From assembly GCF_002571385.2 (NCBI RefSeq), contig NW_019217844.1:38322-102321 (forward strand): a stretch of DNA of 64,000 bases, given 5' to 3'. Below are positions 63,799-64,000 of the stretch, piece by piece. A program made the position numbers and the translations under genes. Position 1 is the stretch's first letter, and each line of letters opens with the position of its first letter. Source of the DNA: Stylophora pistillata. Lineage: Eukaryota. The notes beneath the pieces were generated by a model. It saw only the letters and a program-made list of their open reading frames with translations. It ran no database searches and had not been told where the DNA came from.

Positions 63799-64000
63799 GT
63801 TTGCCTCGCTGAAACTTCCGTTCTTAGACCAAAGGTGTAACTGTTTGTTTGGTCGCCTTTTATTTCTGACCTTAAAGATGTAGGGTTGAAGCAAAAAGTT
63901 TTAAAGTCGTCCGGTCTGTTTCCCTGTTCGCCCGAAGCAACTTTCTCGATCTAGGCGAAGTCTTAGAAATGCCACACCTTTACCTCAGTATTCAGTAGGC

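Overview
AT-rich, intron-rich animal genomic DNA with several N gaps; the repeat landscape suggests a cnidarian such as a stony coral (inference). The right half holds four conserved genes in two head-to-head pairs: GTF2B/TFIIB (-) with C12orf57/C10 (+), and SLC25A19 (-) with KIF14 (+, runs off the window). The left half is a rearranged, immune-like locus. It contains an intact 7-exon gene (about 675 aa) joining an N-terminal trypsin-fold-like domain that seems to lack the catalytic triad to three tandem death-domain-like modules, each on its own phase-1/1 exon. It also contains a second, divergent, open but headless cassette of three such exons, and a dead paralogue of the protease-like exon split by a solo LTR. 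These pieces are interleaved with two decayed copies of the 3' end of TFIIB. Other points: a U12-type AT-AA intron and an in-frame TAA right after the P-loop in KIF14, a 293-bp inverted duplication, a RecQ-helicase (Academ-like) relic, Penelope fragments with hammerhead-like cores, and many MITEs, SINEs and hairpin elements. Exon boundaries were read by eye from splice signals and translation.
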